Origin: a virus
Taxonomy: Duplodnaviria > Caudoviricetes
DNA: 27,923 nt
IMG/VR virus record: IMGVR_UViG_3300005805_000364
Location: 1 to 27,923 of that record
Strand: one strand, 5' to 3'
A program made the position numbers and the translations under genes. Positions 1 to 8,930 of this stretch are shown in pieces. The notes beneath the pieces were generated by a model that made no database searches, was not told the DNA's origin, and saw only the letters and a program-made list of their open reading frames with translations. Within the stretch, counting starts at the first letter, position 1; every line of letters starts with the position of its first letter.

Positions 1-186
1 TGTTGCAAGGAAGTCCAGAAACTCCACATGGCCCCTGCCAGTGGCATCCCATGCTTCCTTCGCCGCAGCAGCCACTACAGCCGCTATAAGCCCCGCCAAA
101 GGGCTGTACAGGCCCACCACGCCAAAGATCAATAGACCGTACAGGGCGTGATTGGCTTTGTCCTGAGGCAACTGCGGCAGCATCAT
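1..186 (-). CDS. Small membrane protein, VanZ/YfiM-like motif pattern (runs off the left edge, partial)
   Basis: Manual translation from the ATG at 186 (ATGA overlap with the upstream stop): MMLPQLPQDKANHALYGLLIFGVVGLYSPLAGLIAAVVAAAAKEAWDATGRGHVEFLDFLAT. Two hydrophobic segments with a DKxxH...KExxD...D pattern. Not in the ORF track. Confidence 0.65.
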   Translation of the reverse strand, partial: MMLPQLPQDKANHALYGLLIFGVVGLYSPLAGLIAAVVAAAAKEAWDATGRGHVEFLDFLAT

Positions 187-479
187 GCGGCCCAAGGCAG
201 GCCCTGAGATACGGGCGGGTTCTTCTGCATAGCAATGTTCTGTGCCAGCGCAGCCTCAGTGGCGTCTTTGTCAACCCCTGAGGCCCAGCACCAATCCAGC
301 ACCTCTTGCTGCGTGACTTGATCATAGGGAACGGTGGGGGTTCCCGGTGCCCAAGAACAAGTGCTGTAGATGCTGGCGCTGTAGTCACCATCAACTGCCG
401 TGGCAGTCCAATGGGCGGTCGTGATGTAACCGTCTGCGGTGATGTAGTCGGTCTGGGTGATAGTCCATGTGGTGGTCAT
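183..479 (-). CDS. Conserved small tail-fibre-associated protein (98 aa)
   Basis: Directly follows the tail fibre gene. The pattern TWTI...HW...PYDQVTQQEVLDWCW...GLPW resembles small proteins that follow fibre genes in aquatic phages. SD-like AAGGGG upstream. Confidence 0.7.
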   Translation of the reverse strand: MTTTWTITQTDYITADGYITTAHWTATAVDGDYSASIYSTCSWAPGTPTVPYDQVTQQEVLDWCWASGVDKDATEAALAQNIAMQKNPPVSQGLPWAA

Positions 480-492
480 AATTTACGCCCCT

Positions 493-2922
493 TTAAGGGT
501 GGGTTGCTTTGTATGCGTCGAACTCGGCTTTCAATTCCTGCAAAGCCTTCATCAGCGCATATTGCAGATCGGTCTGATAGATGCTCAGGCGCATCTTGGG
601 GTTATCTTCTGTGCCCCAGTTGCTTTCCATCACTAACTCAGGCGCGACTGCTTGAACGTCCTGCGCTACCACACCAAGAGTCAGGCCGGGGTCATCCTCA
701 GACTGGTCGATGTAGTTGAAGGTCTGCACAGGGATAGCGCAGATGGTGTCGAGGTAAGACTTAGCCGGGGCGAAGTTAATCTTCTCGCGGCGGTCAGACA
801 GGTTGACATCGTTGGCGCTGTAGTTTGCGATGCCGCCGTTTGAGCGAATGGTGGCGCGAACCGCAGCGTTGTCTTGGCAATAAAGGAATGTATTTCCTGT
901 TCCGTTTGGCGCTGCTGCCGTGTACTGGATCACTACACCGTTGGGGTTTGTCGCTGTTGCTTGCGTGAAATACCCGATCCAATCTCCTGAAGCATTAGAA
1001 TAAAGTTCATGGTACGAAGCAGTGCTTCCTGCGTAAGTCCCGCTATTACTGGCCTTAAAGTACCCCCCGCTGGTGATACGGGCGCGTTCGGTGCCACTTG
1101 TGCTGAACACAATTGGGTAAGCGCCAGAGTGATAAAAATTAAGGGCATAGGCTGTGCTAATGCCACCAGCACTATTATCAAGTCCAATATAAGCAGTACC
1201 ACCAGTGTTAACCAACTGAATAAGGCTGCTGTTTGTTCCTGTGGTGGCTGTTTGACGAATGCGCGGGCCAGCAGCAGAAATATCAAGCGTAAACCCAGGA
1301 GAAGTTGTTCCAATACCAAGCTGTCCACTCGCATCCAGCGTCATTGCTTGGGTGAAGGTGATGGCATTGCCTGCGGTGCCGGAGGGGGCGTTGTACCACT
1401 GATGCTGGTTGTTAATTAACGTGTACCGTTGTGCGGTATCCGTGGCTACATATCTGTAATTGGCACCATCGTAGTAGGCGTTATTAATTAGGTTTATTTG
1501 CCTGTTGCTCGCGCCGCCGTCATACGCAGCAATAGACCCAACCGGGAACTGCATCGCTTTCAGCGTTGACCACGCACTCGGCGTCACCCCAAGGCCGAGG
1601 TTGCCGGAGGAGTCGAGGCGCATACGCTCGCCCCATGCCGACCCGTTGTAAGTCCAAAATGCAATCGAGGCGGCGGCTCCTGCACTATCTGTGCCGATAA
1701 CACCAATCTGACCAGAAGAGTCGTACCCAAGGAAAATACCTCGTTTGGTAGTTGTATCCTGCCGCGTAATAATCGTGGAATACATAGTCCCAGAGGTCAC
1801 CGTGCCAGCGCCAACCACATCCAGCTTTGTTCCCGGCGAACTCGTCCCAATCCCGAGGTTGCCGGAGGATTCAAGTTGCATTAACGTACTGCCAGCAACT
1901 TGCCATTCATGTCGTGTCGTCGCAGCGTTATATGCAAGAACGCCATTGCTGTACAACAATACAGAACCAGCACCATAGTTCTGAACTTGGAAACGCCCTG
2001 CTGAGGTCTGCACATCCAGCTTATAAGAAGGCGAACTCGTCCCTATACCCAGACCTGTGGAGGTCAGGCGCATTTGTTCGGAGTTGTTTACGCCAAAGGC
2101 CGTGTAGCTGTTAAAGCGATTCCATAGATAGGCTTCACCAGCATTGCCCTGCCCGACAAGTAATGAGCCTGTACCGGGAGTGCGTCCACCTCCTGCAATT
2201 TCCTGATAAGCATCACCTGTGCCCCGAAAGTAGACAATGCCACCTGATACGCCGGACACATCAAGTTTTGCAGCGGGTGCAATACCAACACCTAAACTTG
2301 TCCCATCAAACGTCAGCGCACTCCCCGTAGTCAGGACTTTGCTGCCGTTGAGGTAAGCCACGCCGTTAGCTGTGCCGCCGTTGATGGTTACGGTAGAAGT
2401 TGTGGTCAGCGCATTGGCCGTCAGCGTGGTGCCATCAAACAGCAGATTTGCGCTGTCCGTCAGATTACCGCCCGTGGTGGCGTAGGTCACGCGCCCAGAG
2501 GTCAGGCTGGAATCTGTAAAGTTTGCTGTTACAAGAGTGGTGCCATCAAAGGTCAGATTCGCAGACTGGCCGATGGCGCTTGTGGACGACGAATAAAATA
2601 CTCGGTTTGCAGTGAAACTGGTCAAGCCAGTACCGCCGTTAGTAGTGGCAAGCGTTCCTGCAACAGTGATTGCTCCGCTGGTCGCAGTTGAAGGAGTCAG
2701 TCCGGTCGTGCCAAAGCTCAGCGTTGTGACCGGCGCAACAGTTGCACTCGATGCCAACAAAGTGACTACGCCAGAACTGTTTTTGAAATACAGCTTTCCA
2801 TCGGCATAATTCAATGCCAATTCAGCACCAGACGCACTGCTCGTCAGATTCGCAGCCAGTGGCACATTGGATGCAGTTCCGGAAGCGTAGACGAGGATGG
2901 GCGTGTACCCGCTTTGAGCCAT
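493..2922 (-). CDS. Tail fibre protein with C-terminal intramolecular chaperone (peptidase S74 type), 809 aa
   Basis: N-terminal ELALNYADGKLYFK anchor-like motif. Repeated R(L/I)xxxGxLGIGTxxP modules. C-terminal SDRREKINF...LGVVAQDVQAVAPELV...MKALQELKAE, typical of an S74 autocleaving chaperone with a terminal coiled coil. SD GAAAGGA upstream. Confidence 0.9.
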   Translation of the reverse strand: MAQSGYTPILVYASGTASNVPLAANLTSSASGAELALNYADGKLYFKNSSGVVTLLASSATVAPVTTLSFGTTGLTPSTATSGAITVAGTLATTNGGTGLTSFTANRVFYSSSTSAIGQSANLTFDGTTLVTANFTDSSLTSGRVTYATTGGNLTDSANLLFDGTTLTANALTTTSTVTINGGTANGVAYLNGSKVLTTGSALTFDGTSLGVGIAPAAKLDVSGVSGGIVYFRGTGDAYQEIAGGGRTPGTGSLLVGQGNAGEAYLWNRFNSYTAFGVNNSEQMRLTSTGLGIGTSSPSYKLDVQTSAGRFQVQNYGAGSVLLYSNGVLAYNAATTRHEWQVAGSTLMQLESSGNLGIGTSSPGTKLDVVGAGTVTSGTMYSTIITRQDTTTKRGIFLGYDSSGQIGVIGTDSAGAAASIAFWTYNGSAWGERMRLDSSGNLGLGVTPSAWSTLKAMQFPVGSIAAYDGGASNRQINLINNAYYDGANYRYVATDTAQRYTLINNQHQWYNAPSGTAGNAITFTQAMTLDASGQLGIGTTSPGFTLDISAAGPRIRQTATTGTNSSLIQLVNTGGTAYIGLDNSAGGISTAYALNFYHSGAYPIVFSTSGTERARITSGGYFKASNSGTYAGSTASYHELYSNASGDWIGYFTQATATNPNGVVIQYTAAAPNGTGNTFLYCQDNAAVRATIRSNGGIANYSANDVNLSDRREKINFAPAKSYLDTICAIPVQTFNYIDQSEDDPGLTLGVVAQDVQAVAPELVMESNWGTEDNPKMRLSIYQTDLQYALMKALQELKAEFDAYKATHP

Positions 2923-2951
2923 GATTATTTCCTTTCGGAGATGCTTTTGGT

Positions 2952-3431
2952 TTACCCAAGATTAGAAACGATCTCAGCCCTTTTTTCAACCGAGCGCAGG
3001 CCCTCCAAAGCCTGTAAAACGGTCTCTGGCTGAACGAACTTGCTGGGATCGTGCTCTACGAACTCCCACCACAAAAACTGGTTCTCAGACAGGCATTCCC
3101 TGCTCTTGAGAAGATTCACATTCTCAGGGTGCCCATAGATCAGTGGGTCAGATACTGACCACAGGACAATGCCCCTTTTCCCCTCGTCCCAGCCCAGATG
3201 CTGGAAAAAACTGTCACAAGCAATCCATGTGTCGCACTGCCTGAGCAACTCACGCAATTGCTGGACTGACAAGTCCTTCCTGAAATCGGGCACAAGCTGC
3301 TTCTCACCCGTGATCCCAACCTGAATGATCTCATCGTCGATCATAGGGATCAACTGCTCCCAGAACGGGTAATTCTTGGGATTCTGCCGGCCATTCATCA
3401 GCGCCTTGGAGTATGGAGCAATCAAGATCAT
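2952..3431 (-). CDS. GT9 (heptosyltransferase-like, GT-B fold) C-terminal nucleotide-sugar-binding lobe, 159 aa
   Basis: Motifs ILIAPYS...KNYPFWEQL...IIQVG...DLSVQQLRELLRQCDTWIACDSFFQHL...GIVLWS...YG match the RfaF/GT9 C-terminal domain pattern. Start reassigned to the ATG at 3431 (ATGA overlap with the upstream stop). Confidence 0.8.
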   Translation of the reverse strand: MILIAPYSKALMNGRQNPKNYPFWEQLIPMIDDEIIQVGITGEKQLVPDFRKDLSVQQLRELLRQCDTWIACDSFFQHLGWDEGKRGIVLWSVSDPLIYGHPENVNLLKSRECLSENQFLWWEFVEHDPSKFVQPETVLQALEGLRSVEKRAEIVSNLG

Positions 3432-4396
3432 GCGTATAGCCTCCTGAACGCTCCCTCCAGATTGCCCTTCCACTTCCACTGATCCATCTTGCCATATACG
3501 TTGAACGCATCAATGCTTCCAAACAGCGCCTGCGCTTCAGCAATCGACCGACAAGGCACTATCTCTGGATAGCACCCAAAGATCACCGGGTTCTTGATTT
3601 CCGGCAGCACATGAGTGAACACAATGTGATCTCCCATGCCACAGTTGAGAACCACAATCGTGTTGTCCCGATGGGCCATGAAGTTCTGGAAAATCGCCTC
3701 GTCCTGCTCATACAGCTTTTGGTTTGTCTCGCTGCGGATGCCGCCTTCCGGATTCTTCAGGTGCCATGTCACAGCATCAGGCACCACTAGAACCTTGTAT
3801 CCCTTCTTAAACAGCCCATAAGTGAACAACGTCTCTTCACGGTGCGCCACCCTAGATAGCCCGGTGTTGTAGTCGTACACGCCGGCACGGTACAAAAACG
3901 TGCAGTGCAAATGCTCGACTTCCTGCTTGTGCTTGATGTAAGACCACTGGATGTTCGGCTCGGCATTGATCATGTCAACCCGGCCAGTGGAAACAATCGG
4001 GTTCGGGTCAAACGGCTTGGTCAGCACAGACCCGCCAATTGCTCCCACATCATCTGCGATGTGCTTGCACAGATTCTCAAGCACATTGGGCTCGGGTATC
4101 GCGTCATCATCTACCCGCCAAACCCAATCGAAACCCATTCGGTTTGCGATCTGGTGATTGTGATGCTGGCCCTTCTTGCCGGCAAAGAGCCACTCCCATT
4201 GGATGCCTTTTTCCTGCAAGATTTGAAAGAAGTGCGAATAGATCAACTCTGTTCGCACATCCTTTGGCTCGTCGTTGTCGTCGAAAATGACGAGCTTATC
4301 GACGCGCCTAGTCTGACAGATCACCGCCTGCAAGGTCAACGGCAGTGTGCTGTGATATCGACCTCTTGTGGATATTGAGCAAAGAATCTTACCCAT
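3428..4396 (-). CDS. Glycosyltransferase: GT2 (GT-A) domain plus a short GT9-like N-lobe at the C-terminus, 322 aa
   Basis: ISTRGRY...LVIFDDND...WVWRVDDD (DxD)...HREET for GT-A. The C-terminal IVVLNCGMGDHIVFTHVL resembles the GT9 N-terminal G(I/L)GD motif. Confidence 0.8.
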   Translation of the reverse strand: MGKILCSISTRGRYHSTLPLTLQAVICQTRRVDKLVIFDDNDEPKDVRTELIYSHFFQILQEKGIQWEWLFAGKKGQHHNHQIANRMGFDWVWRVDDDAIPEPNVLENLCKHIADDVGAIGGSVLTKPFDPNPIVSTGRVDMINAEPNIQWSYIKHKQEVEHLHCTFLYRAGVYDYNTGLSRVAHREETLFTYGLFKKGYKVLVVPDAVTWHLKNPEGGIRSETNQKLYEQDEAIFQNFMAHRDNTIVVLNCGMGDHIVFTHVLPEIKNPVIFGCYPEIVPCRSIAEAQALFGSIDAFNVYGKMDQWKWKGNLEGAFRRLYA

Positions 4397-5681
4397 TTGT
4401 CCACCTACAAATCATCAGATTCAAGTGATTTGTATCGTTGATCGGGTGAGCCACAGCGGAGATTTCGCCGGCCTCGTTGATGTAGTTGAACTCAAAGCCG
4501 GGGAAGTGACTCTCATTGAGGCCATGCAGCTTGTGATGCGGCCCCCAAAACCCGACAGGCTCGTTCATCGGCACTGTGATCATCAGGCGCTTGCAATGCT
4601 TCTTCAGGCGCTCTACGACCTCAAGGCCATTGTCTATGTGCTCAATCACCTCAAACGCAACGATGGAGTCGTACTGCTCAAGCGGGAACTGGTTTATGTC
4701 TGCATTAAAGAACTTGGTGTGATCACCCCAGCCCTGCTCCTTTGCGACTTCAACAATGATCGGGTCGTAGTCCACGCCCGTGTAGTCAATGTCTTGCGGG
4801 AAGAACTGTGTGCCGTAACCGTTAGAGCAGCCAATCTCAAGGATTTTCTTGCCGACCAAGTTGTCATTGGCCCACTTGTACCGCGTCACCTCGCGTGGGA
4901 ATACATGATCACCCTTGAGGAAAACAGCCCGCTCCCAGTAATTGGACAGACGCCAGCGATACCACTCAAAATTGTATTTCTTGGCGAGCTTGAGACTGTT
5001 CCTCAAAAAGATGTTGTCCCAACCCTGAACCAAGTTGGGGTCGTGCATCGTGCCCTCACCCTTGTGGTAGATCGGAAACCAGCCCGTGTACTGAGTGCCA
5101 TCCCAAGTCTTGGTCAGCACTTCCTGCACCTCAAAGCCGGCCTTCTCTGCCTCGATACAGAACTCGGTGTCCTCTCCACCGCCAACGCCGTATTCCTCGT
5201 TTAGAAGACCGATCTTGTCAAAGACTTTACGGTCAACCATCACACAAAAGAAGACAGCGAAATCGCGCCCTGCCGGCTCAGACGGCCCCTTGATCACGCA
5301 TGAGATGCCGCACTTGGGATTGTCCTGAAATGGCTTCTCAAACAACTCCAGCCAGCAAGTCTTAGGCTGCTCCAAGAGCACCGTGTCGTTGTTCAACAAG
5401 ACGATGCGCTGGCCTGTGGCGGCTTTGATGCCCTCATTGGTGGCCTTAGCATAGCCAAGCGGCTTGTCATCCCAAACCACCTTGAAATGGCTGGAAAAAC
5501 CAATTGCGTCGAACTGGTTTTTTAAAGACTGCAAGTACCAGTATGTGTTGTCCGTGCATCCATTGGCAGAGATGACCAACTCAACGTCGGTCAAATCTGT
5601 CCACTTGAAGATGGAGTCAATGCATGGTTTCAGGTACTTGTCACAGTTGTTGTACGTCGGGATGACGATACTGTATTTCAT
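4389..5681 (-). CDS. GT2 glycosyltransferase fused to a class I SAM-dependent methyltransferase, 430 aa
   Basis: YSIVIPTYN...GYAKATNEGI...VLLNNDT...GGEDTEFC (GT2), then RYKWA...ILEIGCSNGYG...YTGVD...FEVIEHI...ITVP (methyltransferase motifs). The start overlaps the stop of the Gly-Ser repeat gene (TAATG). Confidence 0.9.
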   Translation of the reverse strand: MKYSIVIPTYNNCDKYLKPCIDSIFKWTDLTDVELVISANGCTDNTYWYLQSLKNQFDAIGFSSHFKVVWDDKPLGYAKATNEGIKAATGQRIVLLNNDTVLLEQPKTCWLELFEKPFQDNPKCGISCVIKGPSEPAGRDFAVFFCVMVDRKVFDKIGLLNEEYGVGGGEDTEFCIEAEKAGFEVQEVLTKTWDGTQYTGWFPIYHKGEGTMHDPNLVQGWDNIFLRNSLKLAKKYNFEWYRWRLSNYWERAVFLKGDHVFPREVTRYKWANDNLVGKKILEIGCSNGYGTQFFPQDIDYTGVDYDPIIVEVAKEQGWGDHTKFFNADINQFPLEQYDSIVAFEVIEHIDNGLEVVERLKKHCKRLMITVPMNEPVGFWGPHHKLHGLNESHFPGFEFNYINEAGEISAVAHPINDTNHLNLMICRWTNG

Positions 5682-8584
5682 TAGAACGCGCCTCCTGAAA
5701 CGCCACCTGTTATGGCGTTTGTCGTCCCATTGTAGGTCAGGCCGCTATTGACAAACACAGATTGTGCGCCTGTTGTGCCTGTGACAAACGTCAGATAGGT
5801 GGTCGTTGCAGTGCTGGTGGACACCGTGACTGTTGTCGGAGGTGCGCCTGAGAAACCGCTTACACCCGAAAAACCAGAAATGCCAGAGAATCCGGATATC
5901 CCAGAAAAGCCCGAAATTCCTGAAAAGCCACTGATGCCCGAAAAACCTGAGATGCCAGACGCACCAGAAAAGCCTGATATTCCAGAACCGCTAAATCCTG
6001 AAATACCAGAAAAGCCGCTGATACCAGAAAAACCAGATATGCCGCTAAATCCAGATATGCCGGATGCGCCAGAGAATCCGGAAATACCTGAGCCGCTAAA
6101 CCCGCTTATCCCAGAAAAACCACTAATTCCAGAAAAACCACTAATTCCAGAAAAACCTGAAATACCGCTAAATCCAGAAATTCCCGATGCGCCTGAGAAA
6201 CCAGAAATTCCAGAACCAGAAAATCCAGAAATTCCTGAGAAACCACTTATCCCAGAGAAGCCCGAAATACCGCTGGCCCCACTAAACCCAGAAATGCCAG
6301 ATCCGCTAAATCCTGAAGTGCCGCTAAATCCGGATATTCCACTAAATCCGGAAATGCCAGAAAAGCCAGAAATTCCACTAAAACCGGATTGACCTGAAAA
6401 ACCGGAAATGCCTGAGCCACTAAAGCCAGAAATACCGCTAAAGCCAGAAATTCCGCTAAAACCTGAAATCCCAGAAAAGCCGCTGAATCCACTGATTCCA
6501 GAACCGCTAAAGCCCGAGATGCCAGAGCCGCTAAAGCCAGAAATTCCGCTAAAACCAGAGATCCCTGAGAACCCAGAAATGCCGGAGAACCCACTAAACC
6601 CAGAGATGCCCGACCCGCTAAATCCGGAGATGCCTGATCCACTAAATCCCGAAATGCCACTGAAGCCAGAAATCCCAGAAAAGCCAGAGAAGCCGCTGAT
6701 ACCGCTACCAGAGAAACCAGAAAAACCGCTGATTCCGCTGCCGGAGAATCCAGATCTGCCAGAAAAGCCACTAAAACCAGATATCCCGCTAAACCCGGAA
6801 ATACCCGAAAAACCGCTAATGCCGGAACCGGAAAATCCAGAGGTGCCAGAAAAGCCGGAGATGCCTGAGAACCCGCTTATTCCTGAGAATCCCGAAATAC
6901 CACTGGCTCCGCTAAAGCCTGATATGCCAGAGCCGCTGAATCCGGAAATACCAGATCCGCTAAAGCCAGATATGCCAGAAAAGCCAGATGTGCCGCTAAA
7001 ACCAGAGATTCCAGAAAATCCACTAATTCCGCTGCCAGAAAATCCAGAAATTCCAGAAAAGCCAGAAATGCCAGAAAAGCCTGAAATTCCTGAAAAACCA
7101 GAGATGCCAGAAAAACCTGACGTTCCACTAGCGCCTGAAAATCCTGAAATTCCGGAAAAACCAGATGTCCCAGAAAAACCGGATATCCCGCTTTGCCCTG
7201 AAAAACCTGATGTTCCTGAAAATCCTGAAATTCCTGATGCGCCAGAAAAACCGGAAATGCCAGAAGTTCCAGAAAAACCGGAAATACCAGAAAAACCACT
7301 GGCACCAGAAAAACCACTAATTCCAGATCCGCTAAAACCACTTATTCCTGAAAATCCAGAAATTCCGCTAAAGCCGGACTGACCAGAAAAACCAGAAATG
7401 CCCGACCATCCGGAAATTCCGCTAAAACCCGAAAATCCAGATATGCCCGAAAAACCAGAAAAACCAGAGAAGCCAGAAACTCCAGACCCTGAATAGCCAC
7501 TTATCCCAGAAAAACCACTTATTCCAGAAAAACCGCTGATTCCAGAAAATCCGCTAATTCCCGAGAAGCCACTGACGCCAGAAAATCCGCTGGCGCCTGA
7601 GTAGCCAGAAACACCTGATCCAGAATAACCAGAAAGTCCGCTAAAACCAGAAATTCCGCTAAAACCAGATGTGCCACTAAACCCAGAAACTCCTGCTCCA
7701 CTAAATCCACTGAAGCCAGAAATGCCAGACCCGCTGTACCCTGAAATCCCGCTAAAGCCAGAAAGACCCGAATTTCCAGAAAAACCAGAAAAACCAGAAA
7801 TTCCTGAAAAACCAGACAAACCAAGGCCAGAAAAACCTGACGCTCCAGAATATCCACTTACACCAGAATATCCAGAAGTGCCGAGAGCATTAGACCAACC
7901 AGCACTGGTGTAGGCTTCAATCTCATTTAAATCTGTGTTATATCGTATTGCACCAAAAGAAGTGGTATTGCGTTCGGCTGATGTTCCGCTTGGCAGCACC
8001 AAAGAACCTGTACCAGGAATTACCGGGTTGGATGCAATAGAAACAGTAATGTTTCCAGAACCATCTCCATTTGCAATACTAATCTGATTAGTAGTGCCAA
8101 GAACATTGATCTTGCCTACGGTGCCAGATTGGATGGCCAGAACACCTGTTCCAGTCAAGCTGACTAGGTTTGACAAAAACGCGCCAAGACTGATGGTGGG
8201 GTTCCCAGAGACGCCATCTGCGTCAGTGACACCTAGTCCTGCACCAACCGCCAAAGAACGTGCTATGAGCGTATTAGGCCCTGTCTTGACCTGTATTCCT
8301 GTGCCGCTTGAGTCCAGGGACTGTGCAGCACCAGTCAGATTGATCTGCAGCGTACTGCCGACCCCGTTATCGGTCAAAGACAGACCTAATCCTGTTGCCA
8401 GATATCGTGCTAGGGGCAGTCCGGCAGTAGATCCGACCGTCAAGAACGGATAGTTCAGCGCACCAGCACCAGCGATTGCGCCCGTGGTCGTTTGAACCGT
8501 GACCCCGTTTTGGACGATGGGTACGGATTCGGTTCCGGTCAGTGCCTGAGCCTGTGGAAGTTGGGTGATTGAGACTTGTGCCAT
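5681..8584 (-). CDS. Virion appendage/fibre protein with a very long Gly-X-Ser repeat, 967 aa
   Basis: Start moved to the ATG at 8584, 1 nt after the upstream stop. N-terminal anchor-like VSITQLP...VPIVQNG, a fibre-type motif LPSGTSAER...GAIRYNTD...EAY...W, about 680 aa of SG(F/I/Y) repeats, and a short beta-rich C-terminus ending SGGAF. Confidence 0.8.
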   Translation of the reverse strand: MAQVSITQLPQAQALTGTESVPIVQNGVTVQTTTGAIAGAGALNYPFLTVGSTAGLPLARYLATGLGLSLTDNGVGSTLQINLTGAAQSLDSSGTGIQVKTGPNTLIARSLAVGAGLGVTDADGVSGNPTISLGAFLSNLVSLTGTGVLAIQSGTVGKINVLGTTNQISIANGDGSGNITVSIASNPVIPGTGSLVLPSGTSAERNTTSFGAIRYNTDLNEIEAYTSAGWSNALGTSGYSGVSGYSGASGFSGLGLSGFSGISGFSGFSGNSGLSGFSGISGYSGSGISGFSGFSGAGVSGFSGTSGFSGISGFSGLSGYSGSGVSGYSGASGFSGVSGFSGISGFSGISGFSGISGFSGISGYSGSGVSGFSGFSGFSGISGFSGFSGISGWSGISGFSGQSGFSGISGFSGISGFSGSGISGFSGASGFSGISGFSGTSGISGFSGASGISGFSGTSGFSGQSGISGFSGTSGFSGISGFSGASGTSGFSGISGFSGISGFSGISGFSGISGFSGSGISGFSGISGFSGTSGFSGISGFSGSGISGFSGSGISGFSGASGISGFSGISGFSGISGFSGTSGFSGSGISGFSGISGFSGISGFSGFSGRSGFSGSGISGFSGFSGSGISGFSGFSGISGFSGISGFSGSGISGFSGSGISGFSGFSGISGFSGISGFSGISGFSGSGISGFSGSGISGFSGFSGISGFSGISGFSGISGFSGSGISGFSGQSGFSGISGFSGISGFSGISGFSGTSGFSGSGISGFSGASGISGFSGISGFSGISGFSGSGISGFSGASGISGFSGISGFSGISGFSGISGFSGISGFSGSGISGFSGASGISGFSGISGFSGISGFSGISGFSGSGISGFSGASGISGFSGISGFSGISGFSGISGFSGISGFSGVSGFSGAPPTTVTVSTSTATTTYLTFVTGTTGAQSVFVNSGLTYNGTTNAITGGVSGGAF
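5846..7882 (-). repeat. Coding 9-bp-period tandem repeat encoding (Gly-X-Ser)n, X mostly Phe/Ile, with periodic Gly-Ser dyad interruptions
   Basis: Directly visible as repeated ccagaaaaa/ccgctaaa/ccagaaat units on the + strand. Translation gives GISGFSGISGFSGSGISGFS... with heavy synonymous variation. Confidence 0.97.
8077..8093. promoter_or_regulatory. Palindrome TACTAATCTGATTAGTA (intragenic copy of the recurring site)
   Basis: 17/17 identical to the copy at 26188-26204. Lies inside the 967-aa gene, encoding TNQIS. Confidence 0.55.
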
Positions 8585-8585
8585 A

Positions 8586-8927
8586 TCAGGGCTGCGTTCC
8601 AATGATTTGTTGGTTTCCGTCCTGAGCCGGCGTCTGACCGCTTTGCTCCGTGCTTATCGCAGCGCCACCATAGGGCTGAGTCAGGATGTCGTTGGGGTCA
8701 ACGGCCACGCTGACATCTGGTCGCGGATATTGCAATGCAATTCGCTCAGTCTTGCGAGCCGGCAAACGATACGGGTCTTTCTCATCAGCACAACCCTCCT
8801 GGCAAACCTTGAGACCAGGAAAGTTGGGGTCTGGCATCGCCTGAATGATCGGGCGCTTCATGCGGCAACGGTCGCAGATGAATACTGCGATTACTGCATT
8901 ACCGCGGGTGTCGAGAAAACGAGGCAT
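8586..8927 (-). CDS. Conserved phage protein with a putative Zn-binding motif, 113 aa
   Basis: CDRC...CQEGC...DP...RPD pattern. Tightly packed between the neck gene and the appendage gene. Confidence 0.7.
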   Translation of the reverse strand: MPRFLDTRGNAVIAVFICDRCRMKRPIIQAMPDPNFPGLKVCQEGCADEKDPYRLPARKTERIALQYPRPDVSVAVDPNDILTQPYGGAAISTEQSGQTPAQDGNQQIIGTQP

Positions 8928-8930
8928 TTT

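Noticed and set aside
493-2922. Diversity-generating retroelement target (Mtd-like N-terminus)
   Set aside because: No reverse transcriptase or TR/VR repeat pair is visible in the window, and the C-terminus is an S74 chaperone rather than a C-type lectin fold.
5846-7882. Possible CRISPR array or non-coding satellite
   Set aside because: The 9-bp period with synonymous third-position variation inside an open frame indicates a coding repeat. There is no repeat-spacer structure and no cas gene.
5799-7913. Long plus-strand ORFs of PEKPEIPLKP repeats, and alternate-frame minus-strand ORFs
   Set aside because: These are antisense or frame shadows of the Gly-X-Ser codons. They lack SDs, are broken by stops wherever the sense codon is Gln or Tyr, and oppose the operon direction.
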